64,000 nt of DNA from IMG/VR virus record IMGVR_UViG_3300033143_001962, positions 185,798-249,797 of that record; one strand, written 5' to 3'. The translations under genes were made by a program, and so were the position numbers. Below are positions 45,524 through 55,770 of the stretch, piece by piece; the stretch's first letter is position 1; each line of letters opens with the position of its first letter. Under the pieces are notes generated by a model. The model had not been told where the DNA came from. It saw only the letters and a program-made list of their open reading frames with translations, and searched no databases.

Positions 45524-46263
45524 TTGTGGTGTTGCTTAATAATATTTATTATGTCCTCCGGAATGTTATCTGGTATTATTGCTTCGATGTGAACTAGCAT
45601 ATCACCTACGGCTAACATATTCTGTCTAGTACGCATACCTTTACCTTTCACTCTTAGGTAAGTGCCTGGTTGTGTGCCCTTTGGAACCTTTAAGCGTATA
45701 GTCTTTTTATCTATTGTAGTAACGTCAACTTCCGTGCCTAAAATTAAATCCCATATATTAACCTTAACAGATTTAATAAGATTCATCTCACTTACTTCCC
45801 ACTCAGAGTCGGGCAGAATCAAGTACGATATTATTATATCACGTCCTTCTGCAAGGTTAGGATACCTAACAGTTTCGCCATGACGTGTACCAGGCGGTAT
45901 GTCAATTTCGAATGATTTGTTTTGTCCATTGATAGTTAGTTCTATGTACTTAGTGCCACCGTTTATTGCGTCGGACAATGTAATATTAATATTAACTCTA
46001 TAAAACTGTTGCCTTTGTTGTTGCTGGTGTCTTTTAAAGAAATCACTGAAGTCGGATGCTGAAGTAAACTTGTACTCGTTGACATCCGGAGCGGGTGGCC
46101 CGTCTTTAACTTGGTCGTACGCTGCTTGCACTTCCTTGAACTTTTCATCCTTGCCATCGTTGCGGTCCGGGTGATGTTTCATAGCAAGTTTTTTGTATGC
46201 TTTTTTAATGTCTGGCAGCGGAGTGTCACGGGTGACACCTAATGTAACATACGGGTCACTCAT
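45520..46263 (-). CDS. dnaJ: DnaJ/CbpA-like co-chaperone (no zinc finger)
   Basis: DPYVTLGV, KHHPDRN (HPD), LRVKGKGM, GDMLV. Confidence 0.9.
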   Translation of the reverse strand: MSDPYVTLGVTRDTPLPDIKKAYKKLAMKHHPDRNDGKDEKFKEVQAAYDQVKDGPPAPDVNEYKFTSASDFSDFFKRHQQQQRQQFYRVNINITLSDAINGGTKYIELTINGQNKSFEIDIPPGTRHGETVRYPNLAEGRDIIISYLILPDSEWEVSEMNLIKSVKVNIWDLILGTEVDVTTIDKKTIRLKVPKGTQPGTYLRVKGKGMRTRQNMLAVGDMLVHIEAIIPDNIPEDIINIIKQHHK

Positions 46264-47336
46264 TACTTAGATACTAGCTCAGGTTTGTAAACTGATGCTA
46301 ATCCAAGTGCTTCTTTGTTGAATTTAACAAGTGCCTTAAGTGCTGGTGCTGTTGTCATACCTTTTAAGATACTAACAGTCTTGTTACCGTCTTCGCCGAT
46401 AACCCAATCGTACTTGCCAATCTTCTTTTCAAGTATAGCAATCGATTCTGGATTCTGTGACATTTGCGTACACGCTAAACGGAACTTTTCTGTATTAGGA
46501 TTTCCTTTGTTAACCCATAGTGCTTTTTGAATACTATCACGCCATGTATGAATCATCGTGTAAGCATCGTATAAGTCACCGAATGGTTCCATGCCCCACT
46601 TAGCTTTAAATACTTCTTCAAAACGCAATCCTGGATAGTTAATGTCATCGCCGGGCTTGCCTGTAGCTAAATCAAGTACGCCGTGATGGAACCAAGTCTC
46701 AACCTTACCTTCTTTAATTAAAGGAAGTACCTTAGATTTGTATGCTGCTGGATTTTCACGTGTGCCTAGTAACTCTTTCTTAGCAAATGCTAAACGTCTG
46801 CCCTTGCCATTTACCCATGTCACCTTGTCGTTAAAAATAGCAATGTACTCATCAACTGTTCTATTAGGGCCGCCAATCATCATTGCAATTGATAAACCTT
46901 CTGGTACCATGCCGCTTCCTGCTGAAAAACTAAATCCATTGTCTTCATTGACACCAACGTGCTTTGCTACAATAATGTTTAAGTTCTGATGGCAAATAGA
47001 ATCATACTTAGTGTAATCGTACTTTACATTTTCTTGTACGTAACTAATACCGTTACCACCATGTGATACCATTATAGTGTTGTCTTTAAAACGTTCTGTT
47101 TTATGAAACTTATTAAAGCCTGCTTGATCACGTGCGCCTGGGTTATAAGAGATAATAATGTTCTCTCCCTTAAGTGCATCTGTCTTTGCTAATTCTTTAG
47201 CAATAATTCCTGCCCATTGACTTGTACCTTTGCCTGGTTTTTGTGGCACCATTAATGTTACGTCTGCCTTTAGTGGTGAAATAGCTGCCATCAATCCTAT
47301 GATCGCACCCACTAATATAATTTGTGTTAATTTCAT
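46263..47336 (-). CDS. TctC/Bug-like periplasmic binding protein
   Basis: signal peptide; MVPQKPGKGTS, NPGA, Bug-family layout; adjacent to tctA. Confidence 0.6.
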   Translation of the reverse strand: MKLTQIILVGAIIGLMAAISPLKADVTLMVPQKPGKGTSQWAGIIAKELAKTDALKGENIIISYNPGARDQAGFNKFHKTERFKDNTIMVSHGGNGISYVQENVKYDYTKYDSICHQNLNIIVAKHVGVNEDNGFSFSAGSGMVPEGLSIAMMIGGPNRTVDEYIAIFNDKVTWVNGKGRRLAFAKKELLGTRENPAAYKSKVLPLIKEGKVETWFHHGVLDLATGKPGDDINYPGLRFEEVFKAKWGMEPFGDLYDAYTMIHTWRDSIQKALWVNKGNPNTEKFRLACTQMSQNPESIAILEKKIGKYDWVIGEDGNKTVSILKGMTTAPALKALVKFNKEALGLASVYKPELVSK

Positions 47337-47524
47337 TCTTCTCTTTTTCCTTGTGTTAGTCTGTAGATTACAATAGCATCTTCATACGCTTCGAGTTGAT
47401 TGAACGTTTTCTTTAATGATGCTGCCGAGCGGCCTTTTCGTAATCCTTCTAATAGTTTATTTCTAAAGTACTGTAAGTCTTCATCGTTTACAATGTGACC
47501 TTCTGGCAATAATGTGTCTTCCAT
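47333..47524 (-). CDS. hypothetical protein
   Basis: 63-aa soluble ORF between tctA and tctC-like genes. Confidence 0.45.
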   Translation of the reverse strand: MEDTLLPEGHIVNDEDLQYFRNKLLEGLRKGRSAASLKKTFNQLEAYEDAIVIYRLTQGKREE

Positions 47525-47533
47525 ATTTTAATC

Positions 47534-49102
47534 CTATGCGTAATCAATCTTACTTTTATTCTTATATCCCCATACTAGTACAAGTACGGTTAATAGAACA
47601 ATAGCTATAAATGTAGGATGCTGTAACAAATCTTTACCTGGCAATAAAGCTGCGTTGATTTGTCCTTGTCCTACATTGTATCCGAATAATTCTTTTAATT
47701 TAATTAACGGATAGCCTGCAACATTAAACAATTGAAATGTTTGTAGTGCAAGTTCCTCAATTCTGTACCCTAATATAAATCCTATCATTAGCGCGGGTCT
47801 GCTAAATCTGTACTTCTTTAATTGCAATCCTAGCACTGTAAAAAACACTAACAGTATAACATTTTCTACGCCATAAGTCGCGAATCCTGACGTGTAAGTT
47901 GCCCAAACTATTAAAGATAGTATAATGGGAAAGTAGTATTTATAGGGTACATAGGTGATCCTCGAAATATACTTAATCAAAACTAAGCAAATTATACCTG
48001 TTAATAATGTAGCTGCTAAGAATCCTATACTCAAGGCATTAAAGAAGTTTGAGTCTGCAAGTACACTTTCACTGTCTAGCGTAAGTTCAAATCCGATGGC
48101 ACCAAACAATCCTACAACCACGGCTGCAAATGGTGCACCTGGTATTCCAAAAAGTACTGTAGGTATCATGCTTGTTGCTTTCTGTGCGTTGTTGCTACCT
48201 TCTGGTCCTATAACACCTTTAATGTTACCGTTACCAAATTCCTCTTTCGGGTTGGATGCTACTGTTGCTCCGTAACTTAACCAGTCACTTATGCCACCGC
48301 TGAGACCAGGCAAGAAGCCAACTACACTTCCTATCAGTCCTCCCTTAAGCGACAGTTTCCATTCTTTAAAAGATATTTTAATACCATCTTTAACTTGTTT
48401 ATAATTGTCTGTTGCGTAGACACTAAGTTTAGAATCTTTTTGTAACGCAAGGATAAGTTCGGGCATAGCAAATATACCTGCCATAAGTGGTATCATTGGA
48501 ATACCGTGGCCTGCGTCACCTTCTAAAAATTCCCAGCCCATCGTAAAGCGTGGAGCTGCTGTCATTGGATCTGTGCCTACTAGGCTAAAGAATATACCTA
48601 AGGATAGTGCTATAAGTGAACGTACCCAAAATTTATTAGATACAAAACTAACAGTGACAAATGCCATTATACAAAACGCAAATAGTTCTGCTTGGCCAAC
48701 GCCACCTAAGTGTGCTGGCAGTAATAAAAAATCTTTATAATAAGGTAAGAGTAAGAATGTTGCTGCACCAAATATTAATCCATTAACAGTTGACGTTGTA
48801 ATAGCTGCTGATAATGCATAACTTGCCTTACCTTGCTGAGCAAGAGGGAAGCCGTCCACCATTGTTGCTGCGCTGCTATTAGCCCCTGGTATACCTAAAA
48901 GTATACTAGCAAAGGTGTCGCCTGTTGTACTTGCTGCGACAACAGACATAATAAAGACTACAGCGAGATAAGGATCAACTGCTTGCAATATAGCAATAAA
49001 CGGAAATAGCGCGACAAGACCTGTCGTTGCGCCTGCTGCCGGGATTATGCCAACAACAAGTCCGTAAAATGTGCCCAGGAATAAGGCTAATAAGTATGTC
49101 AT
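47534..49102 (-). CDS. tctA: tripartite tricarboxylate transporter large subunit
   Basis: GIIPAAGATT, ILLGIPG...ATMVDGF, GPEGSNNA, LFGIPG; many TM helices. Confidence 0.88.
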   Translation of the reverse strand: MTYLLALFLGTFYGLVVGIIPAAGATTGLVALFPFIAILQAVDPYLAVVFIMSVVAASTTGDTFASILLGIPGANSSAATMVDGFPLAQQGKASYALSAAITTSTVNGLIFGAATFLLLPYYKDFLLLPAHLGGVGQAELFAFCIMAFVTVSFVSNKFWVRSLIALSLGIFFSLVGTDPMTAAPRFTMGWEFLEGDAGHGIPMIPLMAGIFAMPELILALQKDSKLSVYATDNYKQVKDGIKISFKEWKLSLKGGLIGSVVGFLPGLSGGISDWLSYGATVASNPKEEFGNGNIKGVIGPEGSNNAQKATSMIPTVLFGIPGAPFAAVVVGLFGAIGFELTLDSESVLADSNFFNALSIGFLAATLLTGIICLVLIKYISRITYVPYKYYFPIILSLIVWATYTSGFATYGVENVILLVFFTVLGLQLKKYRFSRPALMIGFILGYRIEELALQTFQLFNVAGYPLIKLKELFGYNVGQGQINAALLPGKDLLQHPTFIAIVLLTVLVLVWGYKNKSKIDYA

Positions 49103-49809
49103 GCACTGATGCTAATGTAATTATCTTTCAAGTATTTGTACGCTGCCTTGTGTGCATCTTCCAACGGATGCCACATAGGGCTAATCTCAAAATTGTTTTG
49201 TTTACTCCACTCATGCAAGCCTAAGTCGTCGAACCACCACATGCGTTCTTCGTACTGTTCCTTAAGAACATTTACTAGCGGTGTGTTATAGTGCTCGTCG
49301 TGATAGATTTTTTCATCTATACACGTTGCAATAAAATCTATATTACGTAACTGCATGTAGTCTAATATTAAGTTAATGGCTTTAAGTGATTCAACTTGAT
49401 CCCACATTGTGCTATGTATGTTTTTGTAGTACAGTTCGTAGTACTGGCTATCCTCTGTTCCGCTTGGCCTAATTGTTTCCCAGTTACGTTCTAAGTCATT
49501 ATAAAAGTCGTAACGGTCACGCCATGTAAAACTTATTATAACTGTGTCGCCTTTTCCTATTAGATGCACATTCTCAAAAAACTTACGTACCATTGACTGA
49601 TTGCTGCACCCTTGTTCTGCTAAACACATGTAATCCATGTTGTTATCTTTTGCAAATAACGATTGCCAAGTGCTTCGTGAGTAGGTACTGTCGAAGCTAT
49701 TTTGCTTCTTCCATGCTTCGGGTTTTGCTTGGTATTCCCATATACGCATAGTGTCTGCCATGTCACTGCCCCATGTAAAGCTGTCGCCGAATGCTATTAT
49801 TTTAGCCAT
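49099..49809 (-). CDS. SGNH-hydrolase-like protein
   Basis: AFGDSFTWG, GCSN, WHPLEDAH; start moved to MAKIIAF. Confidence 0.7.
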   Translation of the reverse strand: MAKIIAFGDSFTWGSDMADTMRIWEYQAKPEAWKKQNSFDSTYSRSTWQSLFAKDNNMDYMCLAEQGCSNQSMVRKFFENVHLIGKGDTVIISFTWRDRYDFYNDLERNWETIRPSGTEDSQYYELYYKNIHSTMWDQVESLKAINLILDYMQLRNIDFIATCIDEKIYHDEHYNTPLVNVLKEQYEERMWWFDDLGLHEWSKQNNFEISPMWHPLEDAHKAAYKYLKDNYISISA

Positions 49810-50030
49810 AAGTAAAATAGTCCTGGTATAATAATAAAAAATTGTGGTAAGAAGTTCAATAGTAAAGACTTTTCGTCCCATTTTAGTGCTACGTAAACCC
49901 AACCACTTGCACCTAATAACTGCAAGTAACTGTTCCACGGCGTAATTCCTAACACATGAAACACCATTGCTATTAATATAATAATAGCTGATGCCCATTT
50001 AATTACTGTTGTTGCTTTATCGTCTTTCAT
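49797..50030 (-). CDS. small three-TM membrane protein
   Basis: WASAIIILIAMVFH...GWVYVA.KW; start moved to MKDDK. Confidence 0.55.
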   Translation of the reverse strand: MKDDKATTVIKWASAIIILIAMVFHVLGITPWNSYLQLLGASGWVYVALKWDEKSLLLNFLPQFFIIIPGLFYLWLK

Positions 50031-50629
50031 GGTTTGTACATTGTTACTAGTACATCGTCCCATATTGGCATTACATCATCGGGCACTGCACCGAACATTT
50101 TTTCACACCATTCTACTGTGAATGATTCCCACACTAACTTATTTTCGTAAGCGAATTTCAGCATTGCGTTATTTTGGACTTGTATTTCGTAGAACATTCG
50201 CTCAGTTGTACCGTACCATGAATAATCAGGATACGTGATTTCCTTAAATCCGCCTACCATTAGCCACCATGCGAAACTTACCATGTCTGGTCTGTATACT
50301 AACATTATCCATCCGTCGTCGCAATGATACTGTTTGATGCTATCTAACATGTACGCCCAATGATGGCTTTTTGCTAACATGCAGCCTGCGTCTGGATCTG
50401 TGTACAGTGTATGCACTTCTTCTGGAATAGCATCGTGTTCCATCCCTGGACCGAAGTATGCGCCGGCATGTCGTACATCACCGTTATTGAAACCATCGTC
50501 GTAGTATTCGCGCTCTGGGCTCCTGTCAGTTGTATTGACCCCATCCATTATTTCAAGCAATTGTGAGATTCCGCTCCACTTACTTCCGGGTGCACCTGTA
50601 AAAAATATTTTATTCGGTAATTCATTCAT
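50027..50629 (-). CDS. P-loop/sulfotransferase-like protein
   Basis: FTGAPGSKWSG, KSH, VYRP; TAAATA at 50649-50654. Confidence 0.55.
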   Translation of the reverse strand: MNELPNKIFFTGAPGSKWSGISQLLEIMDGVNTTDRSPEREYYDDGFNNGDVRHAGAYFGPGMEHDAIPEEVHTLYTDPDAGCMLAKSHHWAYMLDSIKQYHCDDGWIMLVYRPDMVSFAWWLMVGGFKEITYPDYSWYGTTERMFYEIQVQNNAMLKFAYENKLVWESFTVEWCEKMFGAVPDDVMPIWDDVLVTMYKP

Positions 50630-50672
50630 GTTTCTATTTCCTTTTCGTTATTTACATAGCCTGCCGTCTGCT

Positions 50673-50680
50673 TATAAATA
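50673..50680 (+). promoter_or_regulatory. T4 late promoter consensus TATAAATA
   Basis: exact match immediately upstream of the plus-strand methyltransferase. Confidence 0.65.
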
Positions 50681-50682
50681 TA

Positions 50683-51213
50683 TTGATGCACAACCAAACA
50701 TTTCTTAATAATTATTTTTCCGAACACTGGGACTCGGCTATTTCGCAGTACATCTACAGCGGGTATTCAATCTTAGATAAAATTCTATCGACCCAATCCG
50801 TAATTGATGTTGGGTGCGGTACTAATCCATTTAAGGACAAAATACAAAATTTAGTCGGCATCGATCCAACTGATGTTGGTGCTGATATTGTAACAACCCT
50901 CGAAGATTACACGCCAAACAATAAATATGATGTTGCATTATGTCTGGGCTCTATTAACTTTGGCTCTGAAGATATTATAGCAAATCAAATTGAAAAAGTC
51001 AATTCATTACTTAATCCATCTGCTCGAATATTTTGGAGACTTAATCCAGGACTTGCAGATCACGATAGCGAGTTATGCGATAACATTGATTTCTATCCGT
51101 GGACATTTGAAAAGTTAGATGAGTTTGCTATACGGTATGGATTCAAACAAGTAAACTGTGCCGAAGATACCGATGGCGAGAATGTGCGTTTGTACGCAGA
51201 ATGGATTAGATAA
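50683..51213 (+). CDS. class I SAM-dependent methyltransferase-like protein
   Basis: VIDVGCG, YDVALCLGS; own late promoter. Confidence 0.75.
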   Translation: MMHNQTFLNNYFSEHWDSAISQYIYSGYSILDKILSTQSVIDVGCGTNPFKDKIQNLVGIDPTDVGADIVTTLEDYTPNNKYDVALCLGSINFGSEDIIANQIEKVNSLLNPSARIFWRLNPGLADHDSELCDNIDFYPWTFEKLDEFAIRYGFKQVNCAEDTDGENVRLYAEWIR

Positions 51214-51811
51214 TACGAGCGTTGCGTTGCATACGCTTTAAATCTTCGTCTGTTGTTTTTTCGTGTTGTGTAGGAATTTGTGCTAGTTCGCGCATTGCAT
51301 TAACATCATCAGCTTTACTTTTGTAAATTGCTTTAGTTGGCATTCCTGCTGCGATTCGCATTTCATTTAGATCCATTTCGTGCGTTTCTCTATAAGTTTG
51401 TGGGCTAAGGATTAACGCTGATTTAAGTACTTCTTCATCAAATGGGTAATCAGCTTCTTCGAACGTAACAGTCCAATCTTTTAAAGTAAATTCAGTCAGA
51501 GTTTCAAAGTCTTCAAGCATTTCGCGGAGCTGTTCTATAATTTGTGTACGTCGTTTAATTTCAACAAACACTAAGTAACGGTTAGGTTCAATTTCGCCTG
51601 GGCTGCGATCAGCATCTATAATAAAGTCATATCCGCTTTCAAACCACTGTACTAAATCTTCTGCAACAACTTGGTTGTGTACATAGAAGCTTAATACGAT
51701 GTAAGCATCATCTTCACCTACTTTACTTTTAAACTCATCAACGTATACAGTAGGTTTAATCATCTCTACCATATCTTTATATTCTAATCCTTCCTTAAGC
51801 GAACGGGTCAT
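51206..51811 (-). CDS. hypothetical late protein
   Basis: start moved to MTRSLKEG; DEFKSKVG motif. Confidence 0.6.
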   Translation of the reverse strand: MTRSLKEGLEYKDMVEMIKPTVYVDEFKSKVGEDDAYIVLSFYVHNQVVAEDLVQWFESGYDFIIDADRSPGEIEPNRYLVFVEIKRRTQIIEQLREMLEDFETLTEFTLKDWTVTFEEADYPFDEEVLKSALILSPQTYRETHEMDLNEMRIAAGMPTKAIYKSKADDVNAMRELAQIPTQHEKTTDEDLKRMQRNARII

Positions 51812-52382
51812 CTTCTGCCTCTTCCTGATCTTGTGCTTCTGCTTCCACTTCTTCTTCATCATTGTCAACTACTGCATCATCCTCTAAGTCCTCTTCGTAA
51901 CTTAGATCTAAATCTTCTAGGTCAATTTCTTGTCCTTCTAATTCAATGCTACCTGAACGTATGTCTGCAATTAAGTCTTTTGGCATTGTTATCTCAACTA
52001 ACCAAACTGGAACATCTTTAAGCTTTGGCTTTTTAATCTCATCTCTGTAATCATCATTTGATTCGATTTTCATTGGAATTTTCATCTTAGTCTTCTTCCA
52101 TTTAATTTTGCAATCAAACGGTAGTAAACGTTTAGCTCCACGTGGGTCTGGCATTAAATGTGCTGGCCATAAAAATGTGCAAGCTACTGAATAACGTGTT
52201 ACTTCAGGACCTTCGACTAATTCGCCTAATATCCAGTTCTTAAATGCATATAAGTCAACTTCGTCTAGAACTGCTTCGTAGTCTAATAACGTAGTTAAGC
52301 TGCCGTCACTCATATAAATATCTTTTATATTCTCAGCAACATTCCAATAATCGGTGTCTTTTGTAAACAGTTCTTCATTCAT
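51795..52382 (-). CDS. hypothetical late protein with acidic tail
   Basis: start moved to MNEELF after TAAATA at 52388-52393. Confidence 0.6.
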   Translation of the reverse strand: MNEELFTKDTDYWNVAENIKDIYMSDGSLTTLLDYEAVLDEVDLYAFKNWILGELVEGPEVTRYSVACTFLWPAHLMPDPRGAKRLLPFDCKIKWKKTKMKIPMKIESNDDYRDEIKKPKLKDVPVWLVEITMPKDLIADIRSGSIELEGQEIDLEDLDLSYEEDLEDDAVVDNDEEEVEAEAQDQEEAEDDPFA

Positions 52383-52520
52383 AGTGTTATTTATGCAGAG
52401 TTGATTACGAGCTTGTATAATAAAATAGCGGATATTTACCACAACGGTAAATATTAATATGTGCATATAATGGTCGCGGCGTAGGATTAGTAAATAATTT
52501 ATACAAAAGGAGAATACATT

Positions 52521-53243
52521 TTGTCAAAGAAGCAAAGAGCTAAGAAAAGAGAAAGAAGCGGAAGTGTAGTAAATTTTAATGATGCAGTAAAAGCAAAAAC
52601 AAGAGACATTAATTTAGTACCAAAAAGTATTAACCAAGAAAAGTACATTGTAGGTTTATTGGACGACAAGCAAGACATAGTCATTGCGTACGGTCCGGCC
52701 GGAACAGGCAAAACTTACTTAGCGATGCAGGCAGCGATAAAGAGCTTGCGACAAGGGACTTGTGAACGTATTGTGTTAACAAGACCAGCAGTGGGAGTAG
52801 AAGACGAAAAACACGGTTTCTTACCAGGCACATTAGAAGAAAAGATGGCGCCATGGACTAGACCATTACTAGATGTAATGCGTGAATATTATACACCACC
52901 TGAGATACAGAAGATGCTAGAAAACCAAACAGTGGAAATTTCACCCCTAGCGTTTATGCGAGGTCGAACGTTTAAAGACTCTTGGATAATTGGCGACGAG
53001 ATGCAGAACGCAACTCCAGGTCAAATGAAAATGCTATTAACACGTATAGGTGAAAATAGTAAAATTGTAGTAACAGGCGACATCGAACAAACAGATAAGC
53101 GTAAGAAGGACAATGGTCTGATGGACTTATGCGATCGACTAGACGATACAGTCTCTGGAATTACAGCATGTGAATTAACAGCAAAGGACATTCAAAGACA
53201 CAGAATAATTGCATCTGTGTTAACTATGTACAACGATATTTAA
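52521..53243 (+). CDS. phoH: PhoH-like ATPase
   Basis: GPAGTGKT, LTRPAV, GFLPG, PLAFMRGRTF, DEMQN, VTGD; TAAATA at 52491-52496. Confidence 0.95.
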   Translation: MSKKQRAKKRERSGSVVNFNDAVKAKTRDINLVPKSINQEKYIVGLLDDKQDIVIAYGPAGTGKTYLAMQAAIKSLRQGTCERIVLTRPAVGVEDEKHGFLPGTLEEKMAPWTRPLLDVMREYYTPPEIQKMLENQTVEISPLAFMRGRTFKDSWIIGDEMQNATPGQMKMLLTRIGENSKIVVTGDIEQTDKRKKDNGLMDLCDRLDDTVSGITACELTAKDIQRHRIIASVLTMYNDI

Positions 53244-53500
53244 TTTTTATTTTTGCAGATGTACTTTCTATGGAAGTACATCGCGAAGGTTACGCCCAGG
53301 GCGCCGCCCGTGCCAATGTACATTGCTGCTGCCCATCCGTGCTGAACAGCAAATAACACGATTGCAATATCTGCAAATGCTAATCCATAACTAGTGGCAG
53401 CCGCCCAATAAAAGAATCTATGCTGGACATTTTGCTGCTGAAATGCTCTTAATGATACTAAGCAAAATGCAGTAAACACCATTAACAAGTTAGTAATCAA
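53240..53500 (-). CDS. small three-TM membrane protein
   Basis: hydrophobic segments, GTGGALG. Confidence 0.55.
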   Translation of the reverse strand: MITNLLMVFTAFCLVSLRAFQQQNVQHRFFYWAAATSYGLAFADIAIVLFAVQHGWAAAMYIGTGGALGVTFAMYFHRKYICKNKN

Positions 53501-53775
53501 CTTGCTGCGCTCTCTGGACTATGTTCTGCTTCTAAACTTTTAATAGTTGTTTCGTAGTGCTTCTTGTAAAAGTCATTGAGTGTATCATAATCCGCAGCTG
53601 GCTTCATGCCTGCTTTGTCTTGCGTAAAGCGTGACTTAACGATCTTCTGCAACTTGTAATCGAGTATAACGGATGCTTCCTGGAGATGTCTGTTCTTAAT
53701 TTTATCTTCAAGATGCATTGTTTCATTGTATTTGCCGTCTGGCGTTTGGTAGTACGTAATTATAAAATATCGCAT
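53497..53775 (-). CDS. hypothetical protein
   Basis: ORF track, coupled. Confidence 0.55.
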   Translation of the reverse strand: MRYFIITYYQTPDGKYNETMHLEDKIKNRHLQEASVILDYKLQKIVKSRFTQDKAGMKPAADYDTLNDFYKKHYETTIKSLEAEHSPESAAS

Positions 53776-54851
53776 AATTGTATTCCTAAATAATCCCTGT
53801 GGTTAATATTTCTTCTTTCATCTAGTTCGTGTATAAATGCTGATAATAATTCAGGCTCACCTTCTAGCATTATTTGCCTAAGTGTACTATCTACGTTCGC
53901 TTTAAACTCACTTCCGTCAACGTAGAACTTTGATTGTTTTATCTTTTCAAATTGGTTAATTGTATTCGTTTTGTATTGATGCGGTATGTTTTCAACTTGT
54001 AACTTTTTACGTGCAATAACAAATGACAACGTCCAAAAATCAATACCATCTTCAAGTTCAATTAACTCGTGCATGTTTAATACAGATACCGCATCGATTA
54101 CAGAATTAAACATCAGTGTACAATTTAATGTCTTTGCCCATTCTAGGTTAGTTGTAAACTTACTCCACTTAAGCGGGTACCTGTGGTACTCATTGACGTC
54201 ACCATAAGCATCAACACTAATGGTTAATGTCAAGTTTGTTATTCTATTAAGTACTGCTTTAATACTATCATTGACTCTGGTTAAATTCGTATTGATAACT
54301 ACTTCTGGTTGTACTTTCGAATCTGCTATTACACCTAACAATGTAATAAACTCATCAATGATTAGTGGTTCACCACCTGCAAGATAAATTTTCTTGGAGT
54401 TTAATATCTCTGTCAAATTAATATCAATCTGTCTGTGACCTACCGGAATACCTAACTCCTTCTGCCAGAGCGAACTGTTATCAGGCTTACAAGTAATACA
54501 CGCTAGATTACATTTGTTATCGTACCGTATATCATAAAAGTATTTAGGTTCGGTGTCGTACGGTTGCCAATTATTGATGTAAAACTTTACATCTGGATCT
54601 ACCATCCAGCGTTTAGTTTCGCGGAAGCGGGGGCTAATGCCACCCTTGTCTTCAATATCGTAACATGCAGTACATTGCTCAACACGTTCACCGTTTGCTA
54701 TCTTTTCCTTAAGCTGTTCTACATGGTAGCCTTCACGTACCGGAGCATGAGTTTCGCCCATGCAACATAGATACTTGTTACCATCCAGGCTAATAAACTC
54801 CTCAATGAATGGCAGCACACAAAATGTACCATTACTTAAGTCTTTACGCAT
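53760..54851 (-). CDS. radical SAM protein with N-terminal SPASM/twitch-like Cys cluster
   Basis: FCVLPF...CC, CTAC; CNLACITC; GGEPL; SVDA. Confidence 0.85.
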   Translation of the reverse strand: MRKDLSNGTFCVLPFIEEFISLDGNKYLCCMGETHAPVREGYHVEQLKEKIANGERVEQCTACYDIEDKGGISPRFRETKRWMVDPDVKFYINNWQPYDTEPKYFYDIRYDNKCNLACITCKPDNSSLWQKELGIPVGHRQIDINLTEILNSKKIYLAGGEPLIIDEFITLLGVIADSKVQPEVVINTNLTRVNDSIKAVLNRITNLTLTISVDAYGDVNEYHRYPLKWSKFTTNLEWAKTLNCTLMFNSVIDAVSVLNMHELIELEDGIDFWTLSFVIARKKLQVENIPHQYKTNTINQFEKIKQSKFYVDGSEFKANVDSTLRQIMLEGEPELLSAFIHELDERRNINHRDYLGIQLCDIL

Positions 54852-55770
54852 TCTGCACTAATTCAATAAGTGTTGCTGATAAATTAATTTCTGGATCAGC
54901 AACAAAACTATGGTTAACTAATCCTGTGCGTATTACTAATATAGCAGCATCTTTCTTTTCATCAGTGTCACCCCATAAGCCTAACGAATCGTACATCCAT
55001 CTGTACACACCTTCCATTTCTTCTGGCCTTACACTTGCGCACAATAGCTCACGAGCCTTAGTGTACTGTTGCTTCTTCATTAAATCAACTACCGCTAACT
55101 TATAATCGTCACCACCACCTGCACCAGTGCTGCTACCAGGAGAGGCAAGCTTTAAGTCTACACTACCTTCTTGTAAGCTGTTTAAGCATTTACGCAAGTC
55201 TGGGTACGTAGCTGTAACATAGCTATCTAATGTATCGAGATCAAACTCTACACCTTCTGTTATAAGCACTTCTGCTGCTCTTGCTGTAAACTCTGTTTGA
55301 TCAACTCTATCAACATGGAAGCCTTGGCAGCGTGAATGCAACGGGCCTATAATCTTATACGGAAAGTTACATGTTAAGATAAAGCGGGCTGTACTTGCGT
55401 ACTTCTCCATTAATCCACGTAGCACTGCTTGAGCGTTAGGTGATAAGTAATCTGCTTCATCTAAGAGTACAACTTTAAAATCACCAAATGGCATTGTTTG
55501 GACAAAACCTTCAACAGTGTTTCTAATGTAATCCACGCTGTTGTCTCGACTTGCGTTAATTTCCTTAACATCGTATTCTTCAACGCCGAGTTGATTAATT
55601 AATATTTTTGCTAATGTAGTTTTGCCTACGCCTGCACTACCACTGAATAGCAAGTGCGGAATTGACTTTTCAGCAATCCAACTGTTTATTTTTGCTTTCT
55701 GATCTTCGTTCTGAAATACATATCCGTTTACTGTATTTGGTCTGTATTTTTCTACCCATAGCTCTTTCAT
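54844..55770 (-). CDS. clamp loader small subunit (RFC/gp44-like)
   Basis: LWVEKYRP, SGSAGVGKTT, EINAS, LLDEAD, SRC, PDLRK. Confidence 0.93.
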   Translation of the reverse strand: MKELWVEKYRPNTVNGYVFQNEDQKAKINSWIAEKSIPHLLFSGSAGVGKTTLAKILINQLGVEEYDVKEINASRDNSVDYIRNTVEGFVQTMPFGDFKVVLLDEADYLSPNAQAVLRGLMEKYASTARFILTCNFPYKIIGPLHSRCQGFHVDRVDQTEFTARAAEVLITEGVEFDLDTLDSYVTATYPDLRKCLNSLQEGSVDLKLASPGSSTGAGGGDDYKLAVVDLMKKQQYTKARELLCASVRPEEMEGVYRWMYDSLGLWGDTDEKKDAAILVIRTGLVNHSFVADPEINLSATLIELVQNA

